Position numbers and translations under genes: made by a program
Assembly (NCBI RefSeq): GCF_964355755.1
Contig: NC_092678.1
Location: 21,035,365 to 21,099,364, forward strand
Length of the DNA stretch: 64,000 nt
Direction: 5' to 3'
Origin: Antedon mediterranea
Taxonomy: Eukaryota; Animalia; Echinodermata
Notes under the pieces: generated by a model
The model's input: the letters and a program-made list of their open reading frames with translations, nothing else
The model's database searches: none
What the model was told of the DNA's origin: nothing
Part shown: one piece after another, positions 40,531 through 52,729 of the stretch
Position numbering within the stretch: position 1 is the first letter of the stretch
Layout of the letters: each line of letters opens with the position of its first letter

Positions 40531-40904
40531 TTAGTAAAAGCTCCTAATCTAATACAATCGATTTGAAAAAAAAAGTCTGAATAATAATTCTGCGAATGCC
40601 GAAGGCAATGAACGATCTTTAACAGTCAAAAATCCCAACATGTTCTTTGATAAAAAGTCGTCTGATTTAAATGTAAATTGCTTTCTTTCTAAATTATTTA
40701 TTGCTTTTAATTAACAGAATATGTCTACCTTGGCAACTATACGAGAGTGTTTAACTAGCCTGCTATATCGTTTATATCCGCATCAGCATGCAAAAGTAAA
40801 AAATAGGGACTTTTTATTCGATTGCGAGGTGTGCGACTCTAACAAAGTTTTATGCGCGTAACAAACATCTACGCATTCGTGGCATACAATCGGTCAATGT
40901 GATT

Positions 40905-41006
40905 TGAATTCAATTCAATTCAATTCAAAGTAACATTTATTTTCTTCAAATTAAAACAGTATACAAAATGATGTAAAGAAAGGTAATACGATTGAAGAAG
41001 GCATGT
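40905..41006 (-). mobile_element. Non-LTR retroelement 3' end with (TTGAA)n tail
   Basis: Reverse complement of 45467-45548, with AATAAA followed by a short tandem tail typical of CR1/L2-group 3' ends. Confidence 0.55.
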
Positions 41007-41824
41007 TGGTATCCGATTTGATTCGTAGACTTTTTAGCTTATTTTAAGCATTAAGCTTGGTTCCCACCACAGAAGCAACGGAACCGATTTGACCAATGCC
41101 AAGCGACAGTTCGGTTAATTCATCGCTTTTGATTGGTCAAATCACTTACGTTGCGCTTACCTCCTTGCGTTGCGTCTTTAATGTATGGAGAAAACATACG
41201 GCGCATGTCGTGTGCTCATTGTGGATGTGTAATAATAAGTAATAGTAGGCCTACCGTGAAGGCTTATGTATTACATACATATTTACTTAACAAAGCTCGG
41301 CTAGAGTGGTATTTATTTATCCGGCGTGAATCGATCATAGATAGGTTTTCGATCTCACGTAACGGTAGATAATCCGTATTAATAGCCAGCCTAAGCTAAC
41401 AGTCGCCGTGTATATATCTTGTGTTATACATCATATATTATTTGAATATTATGTATCTCTTTTGATAGCCTATTTGTAATTAAACCTTTTAAATCTTTTC
41501 ATTGTTGATCCGGTCTTGCTTACTGCGACCTTGTTTTCTAGCTTTATTACTGATAATTGTTCGTGAGACATAATTTTTGTATCGCTTGCAATAACTAACT
41601 AGATTAACTGTTGTCGAAATTAAAACTATAACTCTGCCTTATAATTTACTATGAGGCGCTCGTAAAACTGCATTGTTAAATATCTGATATATATACTACG
41701 TATAGCTATACACTATTTATTACTTTTACCATACACGTTAATTGAACATATATAAAAGTGTACAGCAATTACTTAAACCATACATCATATAGACCATTAA
41801 TTTCCGTAAAAATTACCATGCAAC

Positions 41825-42263
41825 AACTGTAAAAAAACGGGAGTATGTAAAATAAATGCTAATTTTTTGTTCAAACGTAAATTTTATCACTTTGCAGAAA
41901 ATGGACCCAACGAAAGGACTGCCTCTGAAACTTGTTCCATCCCGCGCGCCATAAAACGGAAGAGCGTGTGTGGGATGCGTACTAAACGAAAGAGCGTGTA
42001 TTCTATATCTGATGATCTCCCGCGTGCCATGAAACGGAAGAGCGTGCATGATGCGTAAAACGGAAGAGCGTGTACTACGCGTATCTTTGATGCCTACCGC
42101 GCGTACGTACTATACCAGCTATGACTCTGATATGGCTCTATCTACCACACGTAAGTATTGTGCTTTTACCGAAAACGCTTATCTCCGTTTTATGGAATAA
42201 ATTGATTTTGATTGATTATAAAGGAAGACATATAGGCCATGTTCACGGGCCGTTTTTACAGTG
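41825..42263. mobile_element. Possible EnSpm/CACTA-like non-autonomous element
   Basis: ACTGTAAAAAAACGG at the left, CCGTTTTTACAGTG at the right, and internal AAACGGAAGAGCGTG-type repeats x4. No clear TSD. Confidence 0.35.
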
Positions 42264-44740
42264 TTAAGTTGGTTTCTACCCTCAACATTTACCGTAGCGA
42301 TAATGTGACATCAACTAAACCATATTGTGCGCGATAGATAAGATAAGCAAGAACACGTTTTTTAAGTTTCGGTTTTAAACAACTACAAAACAATACTTTA
42401 AAAAAAAATTGTTTAAAAATCACCATTTCTCAACCTTCCTTACCTTACTTAGGCTACTGTTAACTAAGCGATATAACTATATTCCTTTACGAAAACCGAA
42501 CGTTTGAATTAGTACCAGTTTTTCTTGAAGAATGAGTGTACCTCTTTATAACTAATCCCACTGTTCGTTACAATCGTTTTTAAGATAAATCTAGTATACG
42601 TTATAATAATTTGCTTTTTGTGCTGTAAGAGCAAGTGAAACACTATATTTGTGTATATTGATCATGCAGTACAATAATTGATTCATAATTAGTCTGTTTT
42701 CGCTTTTCTCTGTACACAATCATATGCAACTAAATAGTAATATTGTATTTCGCTATTGATTTTAGAGTCAAGAATATGACTTACATCGGAAAACAATAGC
42801 TCTACTTTGACTCGTTTAGTGAACTAGACGCTAGGCTAACTGAAAATCTATTTTATTTACTTCTGCGCTCAATTGAAGCGTATTTACTTGGTATTATAGT
42901 GTGGTAATACACAACAACATAGGCCTACAATAATATAGTATGATTGTGTTGGTTGAAAGAGTCAATATTGTAATTGTAGGCCGTTAAAAAAGTACATTCT
43001 GAGAATATAGTCGATACGTTATCCTATGGAATTGTCTTTTATAGTACTCCACCAGAATTATAGGACCTCTAATGGGACACATTTGGTACTAATCATAGTG
43101 GTGTGCCCTACTGATTTGTTCGGGGAGTTGGCCATAGTGCTTAAGATATTGCTGCCCCAGTTCACTCATCAACCAGAATTGTTAAAAGTGTGATTTAAAT
43201 AAATAAATACAAAACAAAAAAATACGTTCGATTCACGTCGGAAAAGTGTTCAAGGGGTGTCCCTCAATAGAGGAGTCCCAAAGGAGCTTCTAAATAACAA
43301 ATTGAGTACGATGGGACAGATTTGGTGAAATATTTCTATAATTTTTACTATACTGATAATATATACGGTAATATTTTACGGCGGTTTTGTTTTTTATCAA
43401 CTCTCGCGATCTACCAATAATGTGTTAAAAACATGCCTCTATGTTGCAGTAGGCTATCACATTTTTGTACCGGTACTGCAGTAAAGATTCTTCCTTCAGT
43501 AACCCGAAGTCTTGGTTTGAGTCGTGAATTTGGCTTAAACCGAAATACCCCCCACATTAATTGACAAAACAGTAAAACACGTAAGCCATAACTGTATCGT
43601 GAGAATGAGAAGCGTGCGAATTAGCGAAAATTTTCCATATATGAACTCCATTATCATTTTCCAGACGAAATTGCAATAAAACTAATTATGATACTAAATT
43701 AAAAGTCACGCAAGGTCATTTTAAAAAGCACTCGCTTCCTAATTTGGAGAATTGGATTATGAAAAAAAAAAGGAACCAATTACCACTTACTGTTATTTTG
43801 TGATGCAGTCGTCAAAATTCCCTAGAAATCGAATAAGTCGCATTAAAGGTATTATAATATGTATAATCCGACGAGAACTTGGACGTGCCTAAGTGCAGAT
43901 GTCGAAAACCATGTTCTGTAACGTTTGTTTCAAATAACAAGCGATCGTATTGGTGGTTAATTGATGACTGCTGGGTTCTTCACTTGATGGTAGATCCCTG
44001 GCACGAACGAGCAATTTAGAAATGGTCATTATAGAGGGCGCTAGATAAATATTAAAAATGTATAATAACATATTCCAGCGAACACATTACACGTCAAGTG
44101 AGATTTTTGAATTTTATAGGCTGTTTTAATATCAATTTTCAATTCGAAATTTTATTTCAGAAATATATTTAATTTAAACTAAAATTTAAATAACTTATCT
44201 ATATTCATAGTTGAGTTGACTGTATATTGTTTGTAGTTTTGTCATTTATGCGTGACATTTAAACATTGTTTTTTTGTAGGTACATTTAAAATAGACGGTC
44301 TAGGCCCTACAGAGAAAATTGAAATTATCAGTCAACCATGAAAGAATCTAAGTATGACATATATGGCGGCATGTCTTTCATGATGCAGACATTCGGTCAT
44401 GCATATCTTTCTAATAGTTGTGTTCATTAAATATTTACCATTTTCAAACAAGATCTATAAAATCTTACAGACTGAACATTAGTAAAGTGAGAAAAAACAA
44501 AAACATATTGAAAATTAGATTAAGAAGAAAAGTAATTGAAGAAAAGTTGTATTTAAATTAAATTTGGCATTGTTTAGCAATCTTAGTCTGGTGCAATACG
44601 TCTATAAAAGATTTTTCCACCGGTAGAGGGCCGATTATTGACCTCATTTGACCCACATTGAAAATTGTAAACATTGGCCTAGCCTAGATCTGAGCTACGC
44701 AATCATTAAATAATCAAAAACGTGCATTTAATTGCAAAAA

Positions 44741-44998
44741 ATGTCGACTGCTATTTTGTGGGGGATTGCTATTCTCTTCCTCTTGCTTTGTTTGACAATT
44801 ATTTCACTTTTGTTTTACTCTGGACTTTTGTATCCGATTGAATTCAAGGCGGGTAAGCCTCCCGTTGGAAGCCTGCAAATCGCGTACAAATTCGGGCGAG
44901 GACAATACAGCGATGTCGGCGAGTATTTTGGCGAAGTAGGCAAGCTAGTCCCTTCAGCCTATCGTAGTTTTGGAATGTACTACGATGATCCAGAAAAA
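44741..44998 (+). CDS. TEX264: TEX264 exon 1: N-terminal membrane anchor and start of GyrI-like domain
   Basis: MSTAILWGIAILFLLLCLTIISLLFYSGLL...IAYKFGRGQY...FGMYYDDPEK matches the TEX264 YSGLL / AYKF / YYDNP pattern. 258 nt, GTATGA donor, phase 0. Confidence 0.92.
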
Positions 44999-45299
44999 GT
45001 ATGATACATTTTTCGTGTAAAATCTTAAACACAGTTTATGAATTATTATAATTTGCTATAATTTTTGGAAGATTGTCACAAGAAGACACACACGTCACGT
45101 TACGCAGACACAGACATTTCCCTCCGTCTGTAAAAGTCTAAAGATATTATTACTCTAATAATATTAGATATAGGCCTAGCTAGAATTTACTCCATGCTAG
45201 TACCTTATATTGTAATGTTTTTTATTTTTATTTATGAACCAAGTAGTGATGAGTAACAAGAAGAAGACGAATCAATTCTTTATTTATACCAAAATTGTT

Positions 45300-45548
45300 T
45301 TTTGTTTGTTATTTTACTTATTTAGTTTAACCCATGTTATGTAAATTGTTTATATTGTTATTTCTTAATTTTTTTAATTTATTTATTTATTTATTTTCTT
45401 TTTCCGTGTTGTTTTTATCTAATCTTTGTTTAGGCATGTCTGTCACAAGCTTTTTGCTTTTTTGATCATGCCTTCTTCAATTATATTACCTTTCTTTACA
45501 CCATTTTGTTGACTGTTTTATTTTTAAGAAAATAAATGTTACTTTGAA
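45300..45548 (+). mobile_element. Non-LTR retroelement 3' UTR remnant in TEX264 intron 1
   Basis: A T-rich tract, a stem-loop AGGCATG...AAGCTTTTTGCTT...CATGCCT, AATAAA and TTGAA; second copy at 40905-41006. Confidence 0.5.
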
Positions 45549-45620
45549 CCAAGTACATCAAATATTTTATCGGTCTATAGTCTGCCAAAATAAATGTATT
45601 TATTATAAAAAAATCCACAG

Positions 45621-45842
45621 GTTCCATCAGGTAAACAAAGATATGCGGTTGGGACTATCTTAAGTGAGGGCGACGCAGAACCCGACAAAGAACTAATGGA
45701 GAAGCTTGAATCTAACGGATATAAGTTCCACAACATACCAGAAGTAACAAATATGGTCCACACTACGTTTCCAAATAAGAGCTTTTTGTCCATAATTATC
45801 GGAATGCAACGTGTCTACCCAGCATTTGGAACTTATATTGAG
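45621..45842 (+). CDS. TEX264: TEX264 exon 2 (GyrI-like domain)
   Basis: The ccacAG acceptor is followed by VPSGKQRYAVGTILSEG...TFPNKSFLSIIIGMQRVYPAFGTYIE, compared with human VPPDKCRCAVGSILSEG...RVHPALDTYIK. 222 nt, GTATGC donor. Confidence 0.92.
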
Positions 45843-45860
45843 GTATGCATGGGATCTATT

Positions 45861-46028
45861 CAGTGGCGTAATGGCTGAGCACTCACTGACTAAACTAAGC
45901 CCTGGACCGTATGGGGGGGGGGGGCGGGGCGAGCGGTGCCCAGAGGAAAAACAGGCATTCAAGGGTACAGTACACTTAGGGTCCATAAACCAGGGTCCCT
46001 ATACAGGGGCCTCTGCGTTACGCCACTG
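45861..46028. mobile_element. hAT-like MITE in TEX264 intron 2
   Basis: 11-bp TIR CAGTGGCGTAA / TTACGCCACTG, with 8-bp flanks GATCTATT / GATTTATG (6/8 identical). Confidence 0.7.
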
Positions 46029-47060
46029 GATTTATGATAATAATGAAATCAGCCACAACATTTTTTTTAGTATCAATTAACTGCATAGAGCATTAGATCA
46101 AACTTACCGTTTATTTTTAGGCCGATATTTTGTGTGGCCATAAATGAAATGAAAATAATCCTGTTTGTGCTGAGTGTAGTTATCAGTTTAATATAAAGCT
46201 CATTATAAACTTTACTGCCAATGAGTCCAATTTAAACAATATAGGCACACATAAGGGTGTATACAATGGGACCGCTTTGGTTGCACAACTCTTCCTCTAC
46301 AACAAAAAAAGAATTGAATTTGTTCATATCATCTTTCATGATATCGCTATTAATTCGCTATTGATACTTTCCTGTGAAACAAACAAAGAGCAAAGAGCAA
46401 AACACTTCTCTTCAGGTGGTGAAGAGTCCACACCTATTCGGGAAGAGGGAGGAACACACTTATTAAGGTTATTTGTTGCTTACCAAAATCTTCTTAGAAT
46501 ACTGTTCTACTGGTATAGATACTGTAGAACTGATGAAGCCTCCTCTGATATTTCTCTAGATAAAGTCCTTTTTTTTTCCGGCAGATACAACACTCCTTCA
46601 AATCTCTACATAGATTTTGACCCGTGCTAATCTTGGCAATTTTCTAATGAGTTGATCTGGTATTTTCAGTACTAAATTGATGCCGTTAAATTCACTATAA
46701 TTTGATTTAAAGTAAACAAAATTGAATTGGATAATTATAGTCATATTCAGATATTAAAGAGACCTCTCGAGGGAAATCATTTACGTTGAATTAATACAGT
46801 TACTTAAAGGTGAAGTGTCGGGGAAAAAAAATTTAAGAAGATATGAATGAATGAATTGTGTTCACGTGGTAAAGGTTGATGACATTCAAACTGTTTGACA
46901 AATTATTGTATTGATATTCTAATATCTTTTTCTTCACTTTTAATAATCTTATTAGGTCAAAGTTCAGGTCAATATTGATATGATAATTGGTTGGTCTATC
47001 ATTCATTTTGGGCAGCTAACAGATAGTTGTAATGTTGATGAAGTTCTTCCTTTTTTATAG

Positions 47061-47366
47061 GAGACTGGTCTGTCCGCTCATCCATGTTTTGAAATTTACG
47101 ACAATGATTTGATATATTTTATGGCTCCGCTGGCCAAACAAAGTGAATTCTACGTTCCAGAAGCTAAGGAAAAACAACAGGATCCGGAGACGGAAAGCTT
47201 GTCGCTAGATGGCTCTCTGGACGAAGACAACAGCGGCGTGGATGGCAGCGGCAGCAGCTCTGGTGAGGACAGCGGCAGCTCCTTTGAAGAGCTTGATGCC
47301 AGCCAAGTGACAGAGGAGGAGGATGAAGAGGTTGAGGAAGAAGTTAAAGATGAAGGAAGTGTTTAA
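47061..47366 (+). CDS. TEX264: TEX264 exon 3: end of GyrI-like domain, acidic disordered region with LIR motif
   Basis: The ttccttttttatAG acceptor is followed by ETGLSAHPCFEIYDNDLIYFMAPLAKQSEFYVPE...SGSSFEELD...; TAA at 47364-47366. The joined CDS is 261 aa. Confidence 0.92.
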   Translation, partial: ETGLSAHPCFEIYDNDLIYFMAPLAKQSEFYVPEAKEKQQDPETESLSLDGSLDEDNSGVDGSGSSSGEDSGSSFEELDASQVTEEEDEEVEEEVKDEGSV

Positions 47367-47534
47367 ATTATGATGTATACCATAATACATTTATTCAATG
47401 TTTATATTCAATATTTCAGTACTGTACTTTATTGGTCAGTCATATTATATATATAATATACAGTGAGATATTCCATTGAGTTTGGCTTAAATCAACAAGC
47501 ATTTGATCATTGCGATATAATATATGTACTCCCT

Positions 47535-47662
47535 TGGCTAATTTTCTAATATTTGAATTGTTCTCCCTATCTGATTGGCTGATTTTCTAATATTTGAACT
47601 GTTCTCACTATCTGATTGGCTGATTTTCTAATATTTGAACTGTTCTCACTATCTGATTGGCT
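47535..47662. repeat. 41-bp tandem repeat x3 downstream of the TEX264 stop
   Basis: GATTTTCTAATATTTGAACTGTTCTCACTATCTGATTGGCT. Confidence 0.85.
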
Positions 47663-47757
47663 CATTTTTTTCCTTTTAAACCTTTTAAGTCCTTATATAT
47701 ATGATATATATTTAGTATAAGATCATGATAAAGTCATTAAATATTATAATAGTTTAA

Positions 47758-48112
47758 AGATGTATTGTCCCCCAAAAACATGAAAAATGAAGATTAATTG
47801 AATCAGACTTTGACTGTTATTTTGTAGATTTAATAAAGTTAATAGCTTCCATAGAAAAAAAAACGGAAAAAAATTATGTTTTCACTTATAAAAAAAAAAT
47901 AACAAAATAAATGGTTAAATTCTACCAAAAATCTATTAGCTGGCAGCCAATTTGACAATTTGTTGCTTTGAATTCCAGTTTTTTTTTCAGAGGTAAATAC
48001 ATTTTTTCTCGATCCAATTTTTTGTCAAAGTCAATAACTATTATGTGACATTAAAATTGCATATTCAAAAAAAAAATGTTAAACAATTATTTTTCAGGGG
48101 AACAATACATCT
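47758..48112 (+). mobile_element. Complete Kolobok-like non-autonomous DNA transposon (355 bp)
   Basis: TTAA|AGATGTATTGTCCCC ... GGGAACAATACATCT|TTAA. The TTAA TSD with purine-purine termini fits Kolobok rather than piggyBac (CC/YY termini). Confidence 0.75.
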
Positions 48113-48977
48113 TTAAGGGGTTTCACTTAGAAACCAAGGTCGTAATTGTTTCATTTAAAATATATGTGTCAAATTAGTAACATTTTTTATTCTAGTTTCT
48201 TGATTTTAAATATTTTTTTATACAAAAAAAAAGCAAAATTCCGATAGTATTTGACGCACACTAGATTTAGTTTATCTTTATACACTAAATATAAAGATTG
48301 TTATGAAGTCAAAAATTGTGTTTATTTGGTAGAATAGGTGGTAGGGGCACTGGCAAATATATCACCATGTGTTAGATAAACAACGGGTTATTTAAACATT
48401 TATTTATTGTCCAAATTATGTCATTTTGCTACCACACACAAATGCATGACGTAGCCAAACAGATTCAAAGCAATGAAGTGTAACGACAATCTGCACATGC
48501 TCACAGACCAATCTGTGTTGTGATAGCTTGGGTAAACGCCCATTTTTCTATGTAATACAATTGAAAGTTTCTATATAATATATTTTAGTTATGTTTTATG
48601 TTATTTTGTTACATTATATCGTTAGAATATGAATATACATATTGACCAAATTGAAAAAATATATTTTAATTTTTACTAATTCTTAACATGCATTCCTTTT
48701 AAAATGGAGGCTACAATGGTCACAGAAGTTCACCATAAATATTACGTCATTAATTACAATATAATTTTGATGATTTATTTTTCTATTTTTTTGTTTTAGA
48801 AGATAATATAAATTGTACGCAGTTAGTGGCATTGTTTAGATTTACAATTTATTAATAATTATTATTATTATTTATTAATTTATTTATTTATTTTCAGTTT
48901 TGAATAAACTAGCTCTTCCCTGCTTTTCTCTTGTACTCTGTCGATGCAAGTCAGGCTATTAATAATAGTTGTATAGA

Positions 48978-49264
48978 AAGCCTGGTTCCCACTAGATCGA
49001 ACTAAAGCCTGGTTCCCACTAGATCGAACTAAAGCCCGGTTCCCACTAGATCGAACTCAAGTCTGGTTCCCACTAGATCGAACTAAAGCCTGGTTCCCAC
49101 TAGATTGAACTAAAGCCTGGTTCCCACTAGATCGAACTAAAGCCTAGTTCCCACTAGATCGAACTAAAGCCCGGTTCCCACTAGATCGAACTTTTTGCGA
49201 TGTCAATTGAAAATGCAAAAGCAATCTGTGAATGAAAAGATTTGCGTCCAGTGGAAAACCAGCT
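48978..49264. mobile_element. MITE A-related element with its 27-bp left terminus repeated 8 times
   Basis: AAGCCTGGTTCCCACTAGATCGAACTA x8 (48978-49192), then a single right TIR CCAGTGGAAAACCAGCT|TTA. Confidence 0.85.
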
Positions 49265-49304
49265 TTACTCATCTACCATACGTGATGGGAACGATGGGTA
49301 TATA

Positions 49305-49550
49305 AGGCTTGATTCCCACTAGAGATACAAGGACGTAACGCAAAGTGATTTAAACCAATCACAAGCGATGGATTATTTGAACTGCCGCTTGTCATTGATC
49401 AACTGGCTTCCGTTGCATCTACGTCCTTGCGTTGCATCTACGTCCTTGCGTTGCATCTACGTCTTTGCGTTGCATCTACGTCCTTGCGTTGCATCTACGT
49501 CTTTGCGTTGCGTCTACGTCCTTGCGTTACGTTCTAGTGGGAGCCACGCT
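49305..49550. mobile_element. MITE A with subterminal repeat expansion
   Basis: AGGCTTGATTCCCACTAG...(TTGCGTTGCATCTACGTCC)x5-6...CTAGTGGGAGCCACGCT|TAA. Confidence 0.8.
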
Positions 49551-50029
49551 TAAATACCTATTAAAGTTAAACATTGTTTATCTTCTAGGCCCGTCAAGTA
49601 GGTAGATGACGTCATTTTAATCATGTATAATACAGTAAGAAAACGTTATTTTTTCGTTAACAGTTTGTTTTCATAATTTTGTTCTTTAGTTTATGTAGTT
49701 ATAAATTAATTTAAATGATTAAGTGAAATGTGCAGGGACAAAATATTAATTATGCTGGGATTTTTTGAATGCATGCGTGAGAATTATTCGCATTAAAACC
49801 AAATGTAATTTTAATGTGCTCAATTTTTTAATATCTGATAAATAAGAAGGCCATTAAAAGATGATATGATAATTATTGGATGACTGCAAAACCAATGTTG
49901 TATTACCGTATGCTGTGATGTGCAAGTTGATTTCATTTAGTCAGAATTTACTGCATGCGAAGTACATAACATATAGGCCTAATCATCCACCAGTTGAACA
50001 TCGTATACCCAAGTTGCAACGTGTGCGGA

Positions 50030-50432
50030 GATTGGTCGCCACTAGATTCGACCAATCAAAAGCAGTGGATTATTCAAACTTTCGCTTGCCATTAGTCAAC
50101 TTGCCTGCGCTGCGTCTACGTCCTGCTTGCGTTGTGTTTCTCTGGTGCGAACCAGGTTTTGGGTTGTGTATTACGTAACTATTTCAAATTTAATCGCGTG
50201 TAAAGAAGATTTGCCAGTGCTAGTAGTACACTGGTCTTCGTGATCTATCAAAATAAACTGGTCACAAAAATTAAGATAAAGTGCTTTTTATAAAAGTCCT
50301 CTCTGGGATAAGGTTAAAGCTTGGTTCCCACTAGAGACGTAAGCGTGATTTGACCAATCACAAGTGATGGATTATTTGTCACTGGTCACCTTGCGTTGCG
50401 TTTACGTCATTGCGTTGCGTCTCTAGTGAGCT
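50030..50432. mobile_element. Two degenerate MITE A copies (about 50030-50157 and 50318-50432)
   Basis: CCACTAG, GACCAATCAC and TTGCGTTGCG family motifs. Confidence 0.6.
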
Positions 50433-51339
50433 TTATTGGCTACCTGTTTTCATCCCACGAAATAGGCCTATTTCTCATGCATATATTGGTCTTAATTTCG
50501 CACATGTGTGTACACGCAGGCCTACTCAAATTAAGTCCGATTTAAGGGCCTAAAAAATGCATTGATTTTTTAATGTTATGCACAAATGCTACAGCAGAAT
50601 CGCTTCACGTCACAATATCTTATTATTATTACGTCTAATAATGTAGAATAATAATAATAATATAATCGCATATATTCTGATTTGTTTCTAATTTGTTACG
50701 CTTCATTAAATCCACCGTAACGAGCGAAACGCGTCGTTAAATCTTCTGACGCGTTAGATTTGGCAAATACTTCGAGTAAGTATCTTTCCAACAGTCTCTC
50801 TTTACATTTCAATTACCCAGAGACATTAGGAACATTAATCGTGGTTCCGTATTATCGCATCTACGTTTGCGTATCTACTCCATCTCTTAAATAAGTCTAA
50901 ACCCTTAGAGAATTTGAACTTAATTGATCCAGTACAGTGGTTAAATTATGTATGTATAAAGTTAGTGATGAATTCGTAATCTGAACGAATCAAATTATGA
51001 AGTTGAATGCAGTATTCATAAACATGTTAGTCTGTAAATATTATAATAGGCTAACATACAATTTTTATATAACTGTTACGTCAAAACCAAGCTGTAAGTG
51101 GCGGATTTGTTTCTGCTGTTGTTTCTGGTTTTAAAAATAAAATAAAAAAATAAAATAAAAAGCCGAGCGGCGTTTTTTTGTAAGAACTATTTCTTGTTAT
51201 ATGTATTGTATAAATATACATTTATACATTTTTTAGTTTTAAGACTCGTAACATGCCGAGATCAATTTTAACAATATTATTGTTGGTTACTAATCAATTT
51301 GAATTAAAATAAATAAAAAATTAATGTTAAAAGCATAAT

Positions 51340-51915
51340 ACTAAAATTTTATGATAACTGAAAAAACTGGTCTGCCGCCCTCTGTAGTTTTGTAATTAAA
51401 ATACATGAAAGTAAATATTTTATGATAATTGAAAAAACTGGTCTGCCGCCCTCTGTAGTTGTGTTAATCAAAATTGCGTGAAAGTATTTTTTATGATAAT
51501 TGAAAAAACTGGTCTACCGCCCTCTGTAGTTTGTTAATTTTGAAATACGTGAAAAAAGTATTTTTTTATGATAATTGGAACATCTTGTCTGCCGACGACC
51601 TCTGTAGTTTTGCAAAATTAATTTTTGGGAACACAGAATAATTTACTACTCTATCAAAGATGGTCAATATCAAGATCTAATTTTTATCATTATGTGTCTT
51701 ATTAAGTATCATATAATAAACCCCATTTATCAGTAACATAAAAAAAAAAAGATATGTATTTTCTTTTTATTATTTATGTCTCAGAAATGTGCTTCTCAGC
51801 CAATATTTGCAATAAGTCTTGAATATTTTTTTGTGTTCAAAATTATATAATTGTAGTCTGCTGGTGCTGTGCTGTGGTTTGTGTTTGTTTATTGTGAATT
51901 TGCGCATGCGTAAAC
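51340..51915 (+). promoter_or_regulatory. Putative MAGI promoter region: four spaced CTGCCGCCCTCTGTAGTT-type repeats and an NRF1-like site
   Basis: A ~72-bp unit is repeated four times at 51340-51610. TGCGCATGCGTA lies at 51901-51912, just upstream of the candidate leader exons. Confidence 0.4.
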
Positions 51916-52096
51916 AGGGAGTTTATATTTCGGACATGTTTTAGTACTTGAATGAATTTGAATAATTGTGTGTTTTGTTTTGCTAGTAAGCGACCACTTG
52001 CGGTCTTCTTTTTATATATAACAATTCTTTTATCAAGTAAGTATGTGTAAATGAGCTTTTGACAAAATAAATCGTTTGTTTTTTCTATTTGCACAG

Positions 52097-52137
52097 CTTG
52101 TGTTGTGTCCAGCACGGCGACCAGAATTTGGCCGCAG
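52097..52137 (+). other. Candidate short 5'UTR exon of MAGI
   Basis: It is bounded by a ttttctatttgcacAG acceptor (52096) and a CAG|GTAGGT donor (alternative GTAAGG 4 nt later). An upstream CAA|GTAAGT donor at 52037 suggests another leader exon. Splice signals only. Confidence 0.45.
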
Positions 52138-52729
52138 GTAGGTAAGGAAGACGCTGCAAGCCCGGCTACTGGGCTAGGCTAGGCCTCTATGCAAAGGACA
52201 AACAGTTGAATAAAAGCTAGGCTAGGAAGATGCCTAGATTTGGATGTCTTTTATTTAAATTATACAGTATGCCTAGCATACATTATAGCCTAGGCCTACA
52301 CAATATACTTCTGTACAATAATAAGTATTTTAGCCTAGTAGCTAGGCTTGCCTTGGCATTATCATTTATCTTATTTGTAACAAAACAATGAAATATAAAA
52401 TATTGTAGTTTGCCTATAGGGTAGTTTTTAACGATTATACAGTTACTTAATACAGTACTGTAGCCACATTTCTTGGGCTATTTCAAACTGTCATAATCAG
52501 GTACTGTAGGTTGTCTAGATACTGTACTAGGTATTACAGACAGATTGATATACTATAATGTTGATATATAAACCATTTAATCTTACAGTATGTATAGTGT
52601 GACAGAGTTGAGCTGTTTTGAATGGAAATATTGTAATTGTTTTTAAATATTCACTATATGCTATGTGTACACTTCCTTTGCAGATGTTGTTTGTAATATA
52701 TCTTCTATTATTATCTGTCTTGTTCAATA

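Noticed and set aside
48978-49192. CRISPR-like appearance of 27-46-bp repeats (also 37233-37620, 6580-7495, 63213-64000)
   Set aside because: The units are head-to-tail with no unique spacers, there are no cas genes, and the context is eukaryotic.
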